In this document: piece after piece, positions 38,323 to 47,285 of the stretch | Numbering within the stretch: position 1 is the first letter of the stretch | Layout: each line of letters opens with the position of its first letter | NCBI GenBank assembly: GCA_945897785.1 | Contig: CAMDGD010000006.1 | Span: forward strand, 428-64,427 | Length of the DNA: 64,000 bases | Direction of reading: 5' to 3' | From: Paludibacter jiangxiensis | GTDB lineage: Bacteria; Bacteroidota; Bacteroidia; Bacteroidales; Paludibacteraceae | Notes under the pieces: generated by a model | What the model saw: only the letters and a program-made list of their open reading frames with translations | What the model was told of the DNA's origin: nothing | Databases searched by the model: none | Position numbers and translations under genes: made by a program

Positions 38323-39210
38323 TTAGGTACTTTTCATAGATTCAATTCGATACCTTGTTGGTGTAAACCCTGTTTTTCGCTTAAAGAACTTTGTAAAATA
38401 GGATTGGTCAGAAAAATTTAATCTATGGGAAATTTCGGATACTCCTAAATTAGAATGTATCAAAAGTCGTTTTATTTCAAGTATTTGCTTCTCGGTAAGT
38501 ATATCGTTCGATGTTTTACCTGTGAGTTGTTTGATAGTTTGAGTCAAATGATTGGGTGTAATTGCCAAGATGAAAGCATAATCATTGACCGATAAATTAT
38601 TTTGGTAATTTTCTTCAAGCAATTGAAAAAACCGTTTCACGAGCAAATGTCCTTTTCCGCGCATCAAAGCACTATTTTCCACCTTATATAAAGAAGCTGC
38701 ATAAACCAAAATTAAGGATAAATTTGCCTGTAGCAATTCTATAGAACAAGTAGCTTCATGTTCTTTAACAGCCTGCAGAAAAAGAGTGTCTAAAAACAGG
38801 GTATCATGTTTATTGTTTAGCAATAAAGGAGGATTATTTTGGTTGATGGTAAAAAAGAACGGAAATTCTAACAAGCGATTTTGGTTGCTTTGGTTTAATA
38901 AATAAAAATCAGCGGTGAAAATAAAGATATAACCTTCAATATCGTTGGATAATTCCAATTTATGTGCTTGCCCCGGGGATAAAAAGAATATGCATGGTGG
39001 TTTTATCTCGTATTTGTTACTATCGATTACATGGTAACCAGCACCTTTTTGAAGATACAATACTTCAAAAAAATCGTGCCTATGCGGATACGACACCTCA
39101 AAATGACGGTTTGCATCAAAAATTTCTACTCTAAACTGCCTTTTTTCGCTATTGGGCGCACTAAAGTTATGTAAACTATATGTAGGTAATTGTTGTGTTT
39201 TTTCTTTCAT
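38323..39210 (-). CDS. AraC-family transcriptional regulator
   Basis: C-terminal double HTH (…SVNDYAFILAITPNHLTQTIKQLTGKTSNDIL… and …VSEISHRLNFSDQSYFTKFFKRKTGFTPTRYR) with a cupin-like N-terminal domain. Confidence 0.85.
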   Translation of the reverse strand: MKEKTQQLPTYSLHNFSAPNSEKRQFRVEIFDANRHFEVSYPHRHDFFEVLYLQKGAGYHVIDSNKYEIKPPCIFFLSPGQAHKLELSNDIEGYIFIFTADFYLLNQSNQNRLLEFPFFFTINQNNPPLLLNNKHDTLFLDTLFLQAVKEHEATCSIELLQANLSLILVYAASLYKVENSALMRGKGHLLVKRFFQLLEENYQNNLSVNDYAFILAITPNHLTQTIKQLTGKTSNDILTEKQILEIKRLLIHSNLGVSEISHRLNFSDQSYFTKFFKRKTGFTPTRYRIESMKST

Positions 39211-39220
39211 TTAAATACTA

Positions 39221-39256
39221 AAAAAAAAGCGGAACTCAATAATGGTAGAGTCCCGC
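39221..39256 (-). terminator. terminator-like hairpin after the LRR gene, ending 11 nt before the AraC start codon
   Basis: The minus strand reads gcgggactc…gagttccgc (9-bp stem with one mismatch) followed by T8. Confidence 0.55.
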
Positions 39257-39276
39257 TAATATACAATTTCTTTTAT

Positions 39277-39963
39277 TTATTCTTTCTCTGGTTGAGTAAG
39301 TTCGATATCATCTTCGATTGTTAAAAAATCCTGCCATTGTTTTGCCGATTGATAAGCATCTTTCGATCCTTTTGGCACATGTAAAGTACAAAGGCTTGGG
39401 TCAACAGCATAAAACACACCTTTACCCATATCTTTGATTGGTTCTGCAGTAAATACATTTACAGCTGTCAACCCTACACATTTAAAAAAAGCATTTTTCC
39501 CTAATAGTATAACCGTAGGTGGAATATCAACAGATACAAGATCAGAACAATAGTAAAAAGCATTTTCATCGATGGCTTCTAAGCCTTTTGGAAAAGCAAT
39601 AGAAACAATTTTTTTACCTGAAAAATTATCTTCATTATAAAATGCATTTGCAGGAATTGTATTGGCTTTATAACTTCCCTTTGTTTTTATCACACCAACA
39701 GTACCCCCTTCTCCTTTATAAGAAACAATCCGCACTTTTTCTAAATCAATATCTACTAAAGCCGGCATTGCATCGCGCATGGTTCTAAAATCACGGGCAT
39801 CAATTGTTCCGGTTAATTTCAAATGAGTAATTGAATTTCTTTCAGTAAATGGAACAGCTTTATAAAGACCACCAGCCACATTATTCATTGTTTTTGACAC
39901 TTGAGCCTGTAAAAACGAAACTGACAATAGCAAGACAAAAAACGAAACAATTATTTTTTTCAT
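39277..39963 (-). CDS. secreted BspA-type leucine-rich-repeat protein
   Basis: Signal peptide (…SFLQAQ) and repeated I.IP..V..I...AF..C..L blocks (…SIAFPKGLEAIDENAFYYCSDLVSVDIPPTVILLGKNAFFKCVGLTAVNV…). Confidence 0.65.
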   Translation of the reverse strand: MKKIIVSFFVLLLSVSFLQAQVSKTMNNVAGGLYKAVPFTERNSITHLKLTGTIDARDFRTMRDAMPALVDIDLEKVRIVSYKGEGGTVGVIKTKGSYKANTIPANAFYNEDNFSGKKIVSIAFPKGLEAIDENAFYYCSDLVSVDIPPTVILLGKNAFFKCVGLTAVNVFTAEPIKDMGKGVFYAVDPSLCTLHVPKGSKDAYQSAKQWQDFLTIEDDIELTQPEKE

Positions 39964-40020
39964 AATTTAAGGTTTTAAAAAGATTAGTATATATTGGTTT
40001 TGTTTATTTTTATAGGGTTA

Positions 40021-40028
40021 CAAATATA
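40021..40028 (-). promoter_or_regulatory. -7 box TAtaTTTG for the LRR gene
   Basis: The plus strand reads caaatata, 58 nt upstream of the ATG at 39963. Confidence 0.4.
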
Positions 40029-40130
40029 TTTATTTATTGCAATAATCAAGATGCTTCTATTCATCTTTAACTTTTAAATTATTGGGCTATTTTTACAAAC
40101 CACACTATTTTTTTTCAATAAACATACCAC

Positions 40131-40171
40131 AAAAAAAAATTTCGAGAAAGTGTTGATAACTTTTCTCGAAA
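40131..40171 (-). terminator. terminator after 40293..40982 (end of the SPOR sub-operon)
   Basis: An 11-bp stem (tttcgagaaag/cttttctcgaaa region) is followed on the minus strand by T9. Confidence 0.75.
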
Positions 40172-40292
40172 CCTTTTTAAAACAATATATTTAATCCTAA
40201 TTATAATTTGTGCTATTTGTAATTATTTTTCAATAATGAATATTTAGCATGCTAATTAAAGGGAAAAAATGATATTATTGTATTTGCATTAC

Positions 40293-40982
40293 TTACTCTT
40301 CTGTCTTATATTTATTCCATAATTCGAAAGCATATGTTTTAATAGCTGGATGCAATGCCTTAAAAGATTCATCGGGCATAACTGACTGATCGTCTTGCAC
40401 AGTTGCATCAGATGATGATTTTGGCTGGCGAATTCCTCTAATTACAGAAGCCTCTTTGCCTTGATAAAGAACTAACTTCATTCCTAGTCCTACAGTATTA
40501 TCTGCCCTGCAACCCAATTGGTAAATCAACCAAACTTCAGCCAAACCATTGTTATCAATATCGGTTATAAGCGGCTTATTTAAATAGGCTGCTGTTAAAT
40601 TGTTATATACACAATCCTTCATATGATCCAAATGCTTCCATATAAATACAGTTGAATCATTATTTACCACAAAATGGTATGAAAAAAGGCCTTTTATTCT
40701 AAAATCAGCTTCAATATTACGAATGGTATCTACCCTTCCATCAATATTAATCAATTCATAATTTTTTGATGCTTCCACCGCAGATTTCGGCGTCAACAAA
40801 TTGGTTTCAGCCTGAATTACAAAATGTGTCCCTTCGGTATCATCATAACGAACTCCGGAAACAAAATTTCCTTTGATACTCATTTCTTTTGAAAGATCTT
40901 CTAAGCCTATCTCTTTTAGGTTTTTTTGTGCACTAACTAACAAAGAAACCAAACTTAAAACGAATACTAATTTTTTACGCAT
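40293..40982 (-). CDS. hypothetical secreted protein
   Basis: 229 aa with a signal peptide (…LLVSAQ) and an FG-GAP-like segment ITDIDNNGLAEVW. It starts 20 nt after the stop of the SPOR-repeat gene and is followed by terminator 40131..40171. Confidence 0.5.
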   Translation of the reverse strand: MRKKLVFVLSLVSLLVSAQKNLKEIGLEDLSKEMSIKGNFVSGVRYDDTEGTHFVIQAETNLLTPKSAVEASKNYELINIDGRVDTIRNIEADFRIKGLFSYHFVVNNDSTVFIWKHLDHMKDCVYNNLTAAYLNKPLITDIDNNGLAEVWLIYQLGCRADNTVGLGMKLVLYQGKEASVIRGIRQPKSSSDATVQDDQSVMPDESFKALHPAIKTYAFELWNKYKTEE

Positions 40983-41002
40983 TTTCTTTTTGTGTTAAAG
41001 TA

Positions 41003-43198
41003 TTATTCAATTTTATAAGGTAAATATTTATTCCATTCAACCGCAAAAGCTTCTGCATATCCATATCCAACAACTTTCTTTATCTCTGCCTCTACTTCGC
41101 TTCCCTTGTATTTTCCAACGGTATAGCGATATACCTTGTCTGGCATAAAAAATTCATACACATCCTTAAACTCTTTTAGCTCACTAACATAAAAAGGATA
41201 ACGCGAAGCTGTTAACTGTATTGTATATATAGTTGTAAGATCGTATTGTTTTACAACAGCTAAAGCGCTTGTTTTTTCAATCTTATTTAATACTGAAAAT
41301 TTTGGATTATCATCTTGTTCTGTAAGTACTGCAGTTTCATCCTCAATAACATTTTCTGAAAAATCTCTTCTAAAGTCATTAAGTGAGATGTCGTAATTTT
41401 TTGTATTTGCAACAAAAGCATTTTTATATTTAGGACTTAGAGTTTTTACCCGTTCAATATCGGCTTTTGCTTCCTCGTAAGTATCATACTTACCTACTAC
41501 ATATCTTTTGTAACCGTCTTTACACGAAAATTCGCGTGCAGATTCAATATTATCAAAGAATAAAGGATCGGTAGGCGTATCTTTTAAAGCCAAAACTTGA
41601 ATGGTATAAAATGGTTTCACTGCTTTATCAACAGGAATAATTTTTTTGCTTGTACGAATCGGTTTATTTTCATCCAATACATACGGTTCATCGTTCGATA
41701 AAATAGCGGATGTTTTATCTTCAATTTTCAGCGGTTCTTCACTTGTAGTTGATAGCGTTTTTTTACTATCAACGATTATTTTATTATCTACTCTAACCGC
41801 AGTTTGTCCGCTCGATGTTTGAATTACCGTAGGACTTGATATAGGTTTTGTTTCAGCTACATTTCTTGTTGGCAACTCAACCCTGTATTCATCTTCTTTA
41901 ATACGGGTAATTTTTTCTTCTTTAATAGGTTCAATTGGTTTTGCTTGAACATCTATCGAATTATCCGATTTAATCGACACATTTTCTTGATAGGCTAAAT
42001 TTCCCGACTGTTTAACTTCATTGTTTGCATCCAAAACACTTTGATTTACCACAGTTTGTTTTTCGGCTGGTAGGCTTTTAACCGGTCCTGATTGTGTTGG
42101 CAACTTATCTTTATACTCTGCTCTAAAAACTGTGGCATCTAACTTAATTTTTTGGTTACTTATAATAAAAGCATTTTGGTATTTTGGTCCAATTTTCCGA
42201 ATTGCTTCACAATCTCTTCTAGCGTCTTCGGCCTTGGTGTAATCACCTACTAAATACCGTTTAAACCCATCTACACAAGAAACTTCTTTCACCTCATCCA
42301 ATCGTTCAAAAAACGCAGCATCACGAGAAATATCTTTAAGTGCTAAAACCTGAATAGTGAAATTATCTTGATTTAACTTATCTACTGGAACTATTCTTTT
42401 GGAAGTACGAGAAGTTTTAATTTCAGTACTAGAGGATGTTTTATCAATAATAAACTCTTTGGTAAAAGCTGAGCTTTGTATATCAAAATTAAAGGTATTT
42501 ACAACAAAAGCATTTTTGTATTTGGGACTCAGAGAACGGATTCTAGTTAAATCGGCACTTGCGTCTTGTTGTGTAGCATACTGACCTACCACATATCTTG
42601 TAAAACCATCTGAGCAGGAAAATTCGCGTGCAGCATCAACATTCTCAAAAAAATTGGCGTCTTGAGGTGGATTTTTTAATGCAATAATTTGAATAGCAAA
42701 AGGAGGTTCTGTAGCTTTATCAACAGGAATAATTTTTTTTGTAGTACGAACTTGATCTACTAACGCCTTTTTATCGGTATTTTGAATATTATCTAATCCA
42801 ACCTCTTGCGTGAATTCACTTTTAAAAGAAGCACCTGAAATACTATAATTTGCCGTATTCACCACATATGCTTTGGCGTAACGAGGTCCTTTAGAACGAA
42901 TAGACCCCAAGGCGGCAGAAGCTTCGGCTTCCGTAGCATAACGCCCAACAACATACCTTTTATATCCGTCGGTACAGGAGAATTCGCGTGCAGATTCAAT
43001 ATTTTCAAAAAAAGAAGCATCGCGTGGAGCATCTTTCAAGGCTAAAATCTGAATAGCAAAAAAAGGTGCTGTAGCCTTATCAACGGGTACAATTTGTTTA
43101 ATTGTTCGGGTTCGATTAGGCTGGTTTTGATTAATTGACGGCACCATATTTACCATCAAAAATAACAAACTAACAAGTAAAAGCACTCTTCTCAACAT
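41003..43198 (-). CDS. secreted protein with five SPOR-like (peptidoglycan-binding) domains
   Basis: 731 aa with a signal/TM N-terminus. There are four close copies of ~96 aa (consensus KKIIPVDKA..PF..IQ.LALKD.P.D..FF.N.E.AREFSC.DGYKRYVVG.Y.T..EA.A.....K...PKYKNAFV.NT.N) at aa 33-128, 153-249, 266-361 and 517-613, plus a degenerate fifth copy at aa 655-727. The pattern (hydrophobic beta strand, then Y-R-V-x-V-G-x-Y…EA…L…) fits the SPOR fold. Confidence 0.65.
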   Translation of the reverse strand: MLRRVLLLVSLLFLMVNMVPSINQNQPNRTRTIKQIVPVDKATAPFFAIQILALKDAPRDASFFENIESAREFSCTDGYKRYVVGRYATEAEASAALGSIRSKGPRYAKAYVVNTANYSISGASFKSEFTQEVGLDNIQNTDKKALVDQVRTTKKIIPVDKATEPPFAIQIIALKNPPQDANFFENVDAAREFSCSDGFTRYVVGQYATQQDASADLTRIRSLSPKYKNAFVVNTFNFDIQSSAFTKEFIIDKTSSSTEIKTSRTSKRIVPVDKLNQDNFTIQVLALKDISRDAAFFERLDEVKEVSCVDGFKRYLVGDYTKAEDARRDCEAIRKIGPKYQNAFIISNQKIKLDATVFRAEYKDKLPTQSGPVKSLPAEKQTVVNQSVLDANNEVKQSGNLAYQENVSIKSDNSIDVQAKPIEPIKEEKITRIKEDEYRVELPTRNVAETKPISSPTVIQTSSGQTAVRVDNKIIVDSKKTLSTTSEEPLKIEDKTSAILSNDEPYVLDENKPIRTSKKIIPVDKAVKPFYTIQVLALKDTPTDPLFFDNIESAREFSCKDGYKRYVVGKYDTYEEAKADIERVKTLSPKYKNAFVANTKNYDISLNDFRRDFSENVIEDETAVLTEQDDNPKFSVLNKIEKTSALAVVKQYDLTTIYTIQLTASRYPFYVSELKEFKDVYEFFMPDKVYRYTVGKYKGSEVEAEIKKVVGYGYAEAFAVEWNKYLPYKIE
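41018..43102 (-). repeat. five SPOR-like domain copies within 41003..43198
   Basis: Copies lie at nt 42815..43102, 42452..42742, 42116..42403, 41360..41650 and, for the degenerate one, 41018..41236. Copies 1-4 each carry one invariant Cys (EFSC.DG). Confidence 0.7.
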
Positions 43199-43497
43199 AC
43201 AATCATCTTTGAATAAAACATAGAAAGAAGCTAAACGCTCCTCTACAAAAAATTAATGCTCAAATACACCGATAAATATAATGCATTTTGAATAAACAGA
43301 AGCCAATTTTCAACTACCAAAAGCTAAAAAAAACTCCGTCTTAAAATTTATTTCGTTTTAATCGAAAAAATATAACAATAAAAATGCTAATTTCCTCACG
43401 AATTATCACAAGAAATTACACTAACAAGCCTATTTAAAGAAAGAAAACAACTAAATATAGCTTTAAAAAAGTACTAAAAAGCAACTATTTATATTGA

Positions 43498-46266
43498 TTA
43501 TTTTAAAATCTTCCAAACAACAACTTCTATTCTATTGTTTTGAATGTGCTCTGTTAAACTACATTCTTGACCTCTACGGCATTTATTAATAACATATCTA
43601 TCACCATAGCCGCGAGGAATAATATTTTTCTGACTGACACCTTTCGATAATAAATAATCATTGGAAAGCTTTGCCATTTCTTGAGAAACGCTTAAATTCT
43701 CATAGCGTTCTCCACGAACATCGGTATGACCATTTAGCTTAACAATAATTTTGGGATTATTTTTTAAATAAATTGCCAACTTATCGAGTGTAAGATAACC
43801 TATTTGCGTAATCTTTTTTCTATCGTGAGGAATTACCATGGTATTCATTTCATCCAACATCCGGTCATTAAATATTGGCGTCATTAATATACCGTCCTTT
43901 TTCATATTTTTTAAATCTTCGATAGAAGTCAGAATACGCTTTGGTGCAAATTCATCGCCTTTTTTAACTTCAATAATAAAGTCTTTTGCACCTTTATATA
44001 CATCAGAAATAAAGATAACAAACGAGCCATCAGCCTTCGACATAGTTTCACCTAACACCTCTCCTGTTATGGCATCTTTTATAGTTACAATAGCATTAGC
44101 AATTGGCTCTCCATTAAAGGAGGTAGTAAGCACAGAAGACACCTCAACAGAGAATTTATCTTCCGGCTTCATTTCAATGCCACGGTCTTTTAATTTCTGA
44201 ATGTTATAAATAGACACATCTAGTTTCTCATCTAAAAAGCCTGGCACCTCAGCCACTTGAATATTAAATACCATGCCCTCCTTTTTAAATTTTTCCGGAA
44301 TCTCTACATTAAAATCACCGGTTTCATTGGTTGTTGTTTTACCAATAATTTCACCCGTTTTAGTATCCTTAATATTCACTTTAGCATTAACTAGGGGTCT
44401 GTTATCTACTATACTTGTTAAGCGAGAAGAAAAATAAGCAGGTATTTCGGTTATTTCCGGCTGCAAATCAAGTCCTTTTTTCTTTATATAATCAAGCTCT
44501 GCCATAGACACTGTTATGGACTGCTCTGGATAACCTTGCCCTTGTTTTAGTTCAATTTGAAAATCCTGTTCACTTTTACGGAACTCAGACGGAATATCAA
44601 TAGTCACTACACCAGCAGAATCAGAGACTGTTTGTCCGATAAACTGGTTAGAATTTTTATCTTTTAAAGTAACCTGTTTATCGACAATTGGCGAACGATC
44701 AAAAATATCAACCAGCTTGGTCTGCAAAGCGTCCGGAAGATTTTCATTTTTAGGTTTAAGCGGTACCCTCCGGTTATTAATATCTTGAATTTTTGATGCT
44801 GGAATTTTTATTGATCGCGATTCGTACTCACTTTGTGTAAATTTAATTGCTATTGGTTGGTTCTTATCCCTAAATTCTTCGGGAATAACAACTTCAAAAG
44901 CACCGAATTTATCGGTAAGTGCTTGTCCTATTTCTTTACCTGTATTATCATCAACAACAGCAATTTTTGCATTTGAAACCGGCGAACCGTCGTTTGCATT
45001 TTCCAAAACGGTAGCTAATTTTATAGGAGCCTTTTTTATACTGTTGATAGCATAAATCACATCCGGTCTGTTGCCTCTATTGGAAGAAATGAAACCTGTT
45101 TTAATATCGTTAGGATTAATTATATAAGCAAAATCATCATGAGATGAATTAATTGGCAACATCATATTTTCTACTACGTTCCATTTTCCATTCAGCATTT
45201 TTGTTTTAAAAACATCCAAACCACCAAAACCGGGATGTCCATTTGACGAAAAATACAAGGTATTTTCAGCATCAACAAAAGGAAACATTTCATCGGCATA
45301 GGTGTTAATCTCTGAGCCTAGATTTTCAAATTTCCCGTACCTTCTGTTATCCAATATCATTACCCGATACAAATCTTTACCTCCCATACCATTAGGCATA
45401 TCTGAAGTAAAATACAAATATTTATTATCAGGAGAAACTGCAGGATGAGCTACATTATAATTATCGCTATTGAAGGGTAATGAAGTCTCATTAATCCAAT
45501 CTTTCGTTTTTGAATCGTAGCTAGAACTAAAAATTTTCAAAATGCTTTTATTCCCTTTTATTCGAACTGTTTTTGTATAATATATACGGGAATAATTATG
45601 CGAAAAAGAAATTGCACCCACATGGTATGGGAATTTAAGTTCAGATGAGAATTTTTTTTCAGTTGGAGCCAACTCGTTCTCTTTTAAATCAGCATAAAAC
45701 AGATTCTGAAAGCCATAACCATGGTTGTCTATCCGTTTGCGGTTTTGGACACTTTGCTCCGGAGCAGAATAAACAACCCCGTTTTTATAATATTGAATAC
45801 CGAATGATTGCCCTAAGTCGGATAAACGGGTTGGCTTTAACTCAACAGGAACCGAAGTGTTTGTGCGCATGGCCCATCTGGCAGCATCAATCATTTCGCG
45901 CAGATTAAGCGAATCTGCCATGTTTTTAGGCACATTATAATACCATTTAATGGCTTCTTTATAATTACCGGTTTTATGCAATGCGGTGGCATACATATAA
46001 ATATCTTCGCCTTTTAACAATTCTCTATAATCATAATACGATTGATAAGCCTCCAGCATTTTATTTAATTGAAAATATGCACGCGCAATTTTTATATGCG
46101 TGTACATTTTTTCTTCAAATACTTTTGGCTTGATAGACTGATAACTCTCTAACGCCAAAAAATATTCGCCTTTCTTGTAGAACTGATCGCCTTTTTCAAA
46201 AATATCTTTTGCTGAAAGGAGCGTAAACAAGAAACTGAATACTAGTATTAATCGGAGTATTTTCAT
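43498..46266 (-). CDS. OmpA-family protein: TPR region + PD40/TolB-like repeats + four CarboxypepD_reg-like repeats + C-terminal OmpA domain
   Basis: 922 aa with a signal peptide and TPR-like helices (aa 20-115). PD40-type strands are present (YFTSDMPNGMGGKDLYRV, LYFSSNGHPGFGGLDVFKT). Four ~97-aa tandem repeats span aa ~416-797. The C-terminal segment LNGHTDVRGERYENLSVSQEMAKLSNDYLLSKGV…GYGDRY is an OmpA_C-like peptidoglycan-binding module. Confidence 0.8.
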   Translation of the reverse strand: MKILRLILVFSFLFTLLSAKDIFEKGDQFYKKGEYFLALESYQSIKPKVFEEKMYTHIKIARAYFQLNKMLEAYQSYYDYRELLKGEDIYMYATALHKTGNYKEAIKWYYNVPKNMADSLNLREMIDAARWAMRTNTSVPVELKPTRLSDLGQSFGIQYYKNGVVYSAPEQSVQNRKRIDNHGYGFQNLFYADLKENELAPTEKKFSSELKFPYHVGAISFSHNYSRIYYTKTVRIKGNKSILKIFSSSYDSKTKDWINETSLPFNSDNYNVAHPAVSPDNKYLYFTSDMPNGMGGKDLYRVMILDNRRYGKFENLGSEINTYADEMFPFVDAENTLYFSSNGHPGFGGLDVFKTKMLNGKWNVVENMMLPINSSHDDFAYIINPNDIKTGFISSNRGNRPDVIYAINSIKKAPIKLATVLENANDGSPVSNAKIAVVDDNTGKEIGQALTDKFGAFEVVIPEEFRDKNQPIAIKFTQSEYESRSIKIPASKIQDINNRRVPLKPKNENLPDALQTKLVDIFDRSPIVDKQVTLKDKNSNQFIGQTVSDSAGVVTIDIPSEFRKSEQDFQIELKQGQGYPEQSITVSMAELDYIKKKGLDLQPEITEIPAYFSSRLTSIVDNRPLVNAKVNIKDTKTGEIIGKTTTNETGDFNVEIPEKFKKEGMVFNIQVAEVPGFLDEKLDVSIYNIQKLKDRGIEMKPEDKFSVEVSSVLTTSFNGEPIANAIVTIKDAITGEVLGETMSKADGSFVIFISDVYKGAKDFIIEVKKGDEFAPKRILTSIEDLKNMKKDGILMTPIFNDRMLDEMNTMVIPHDRKKITQIGYLTLDKLAIYLKNNPKIIVKLNGHTDVRGERYENLSVSQEMAKLSNDYLLSKGVSQKNIIPRGYGDRYVINKCRRGQECSLTEHIQNNRIEVVVWKILK
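43876..45021 (-). repeat. four tandem ~97-aa CarboxypepD_reg-like repeats within the OmpA-family protein
   Basis: Residues ~416-797. Each unit follows the pattern …V.D..P….A.V.IKD..TGE.IG.T.T...G.F.V.IPE.F.K……I…..G…..I.V…….K..G..M.P. Confidence 0.7.
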
Positions 46267-46286
46267 TCAAAAATCGTAATTAATTA

Positions 46287-47204
46287 TTAGAAATACCGTA
46301 TTGATTTCATTGTTGTTCTTCCAAACGAGAAATCAAATTGAATACCAATTTCGTGTGAACCATAATTTTTCACCTGATTAAGTGCACTAAACGGATAATC
46401 GTATGAATAACGGATTGAGAGTTTTTTATCGATTAAATATTCCGCTAAAAAAGTTAACTCTGAAGATGTTTTATACGATAAACCCAACCAAACCCTTTCT
46501 AACAACAAAAAATTAGCCGATAAATCAATTTGTATAGGAGCACCATATACCATTCTGCTTAACGCGGTAGGCTTAAAAGCATAATAATCAAATTCAAACA
46601 CATAGCCTCCATACAAGTAATAATGTATGTTTTTATAATCGAATGTTTTTACATATTGCGCAGCTTTTGTATCATATACATTGGTAAAAAACTCCGGAAT
46701 AGATAAGCCTGCAAAAAACTTCTCAGAATAAACATAGGATCCAAATCCCGCATTCATCGATGCATTTGACGAACCGTATAAAGTTGGATCTGAGTTATCA
46801 AGGGATACAATCAGGCTTTCATCCATCGAAAACGAATTTATACCAGCCTGAACACCTAAGGATAAAATATAGTCTTCGTTCAAATATACTTTGTACGCAA
46901 TAGCCCCATACAAATCCAACATATGCGTAGCACCTATTTTCTCGTTAGTAATACTTAATCCTAAGCCTAAGTTTGAATTCGCAGCCGGAGCATGTAAGTT
47001 GAAGGCCTGAGTAACAGGAGCACCTTCTATTCCTATCCATTGATTACGAGCAACAAGTAGACCGCTCAAAACCTCTCTTGTACCATTATATGCAGGATTT
47101 AATAATCCTTGATTCGCAATATAATGATTATATTGTTTATAGTTCTGAGCAATTGTTACTATGCAACTGCAAACAAAAAATAAAATCAACCCAAATTTCC
47201 TCAT
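46287..47204 (-). CDS. PorP/SprF-family type IX secretion system membrane protein
   Basis: 305 aa with an N-terminal AQNYKQYNHYIANQGLLNPAYNGTREVLSGLLVARNQWIGIEGAPVTQ that matches the PorP/SprF signature (…NPAY.G…R.QW.G..GAP.T). It has beta-barrel patterning and a C-terminal aromatic residue (…IRYF). Confidence 0.85.
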   Translation of the reverse strand: MRKFGLILFFVCSCIVTIAQNYKQYNHYIANQGLLNPAYNGTREVLSGLLVARNQWIGIEGAPVTQAFNLHAPAANSNLGLGLSITNEKIGATHMLDLYGAIAYKVYLNEDYILSLGVQAGINSFSMDESLIVSLDNSDPTLYGSSNASMNAGFGSYVYSEKFFAGLSIPEFFTNVYDTKAAQYVKTFDYKNIHYYLYGGYVFEFDYYAFKPTALSRMVYGAPIQIDLSANFLLLERVWLGLSYKTSSELTFLAEYLIDKKLSIRYSYDYPFSALNQVKNYGSHEIGIQFDFSFGRTTMKSIRYF

Positions 47205-47272
47205 ATACTATAGATGAATTTAACCTCAAAAAGCATGAAGTAAAATCAAATTAATAAGTTCTAATAAAAATG

Positions 47273-47280
47273 CAAATATA
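47273..47280 (-). promoter_or_regulatory. -7 box TAtaTTTG, possible internal promoter for PorP/SprF-OmpA
   Basis: The plus strand reads caaatata in the 81-nt gap after the adhesin stop, 69 nt upstream of the ATG at 47204. Confidence 0.35.
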
Positions 47281-47285
47281 CTTTC

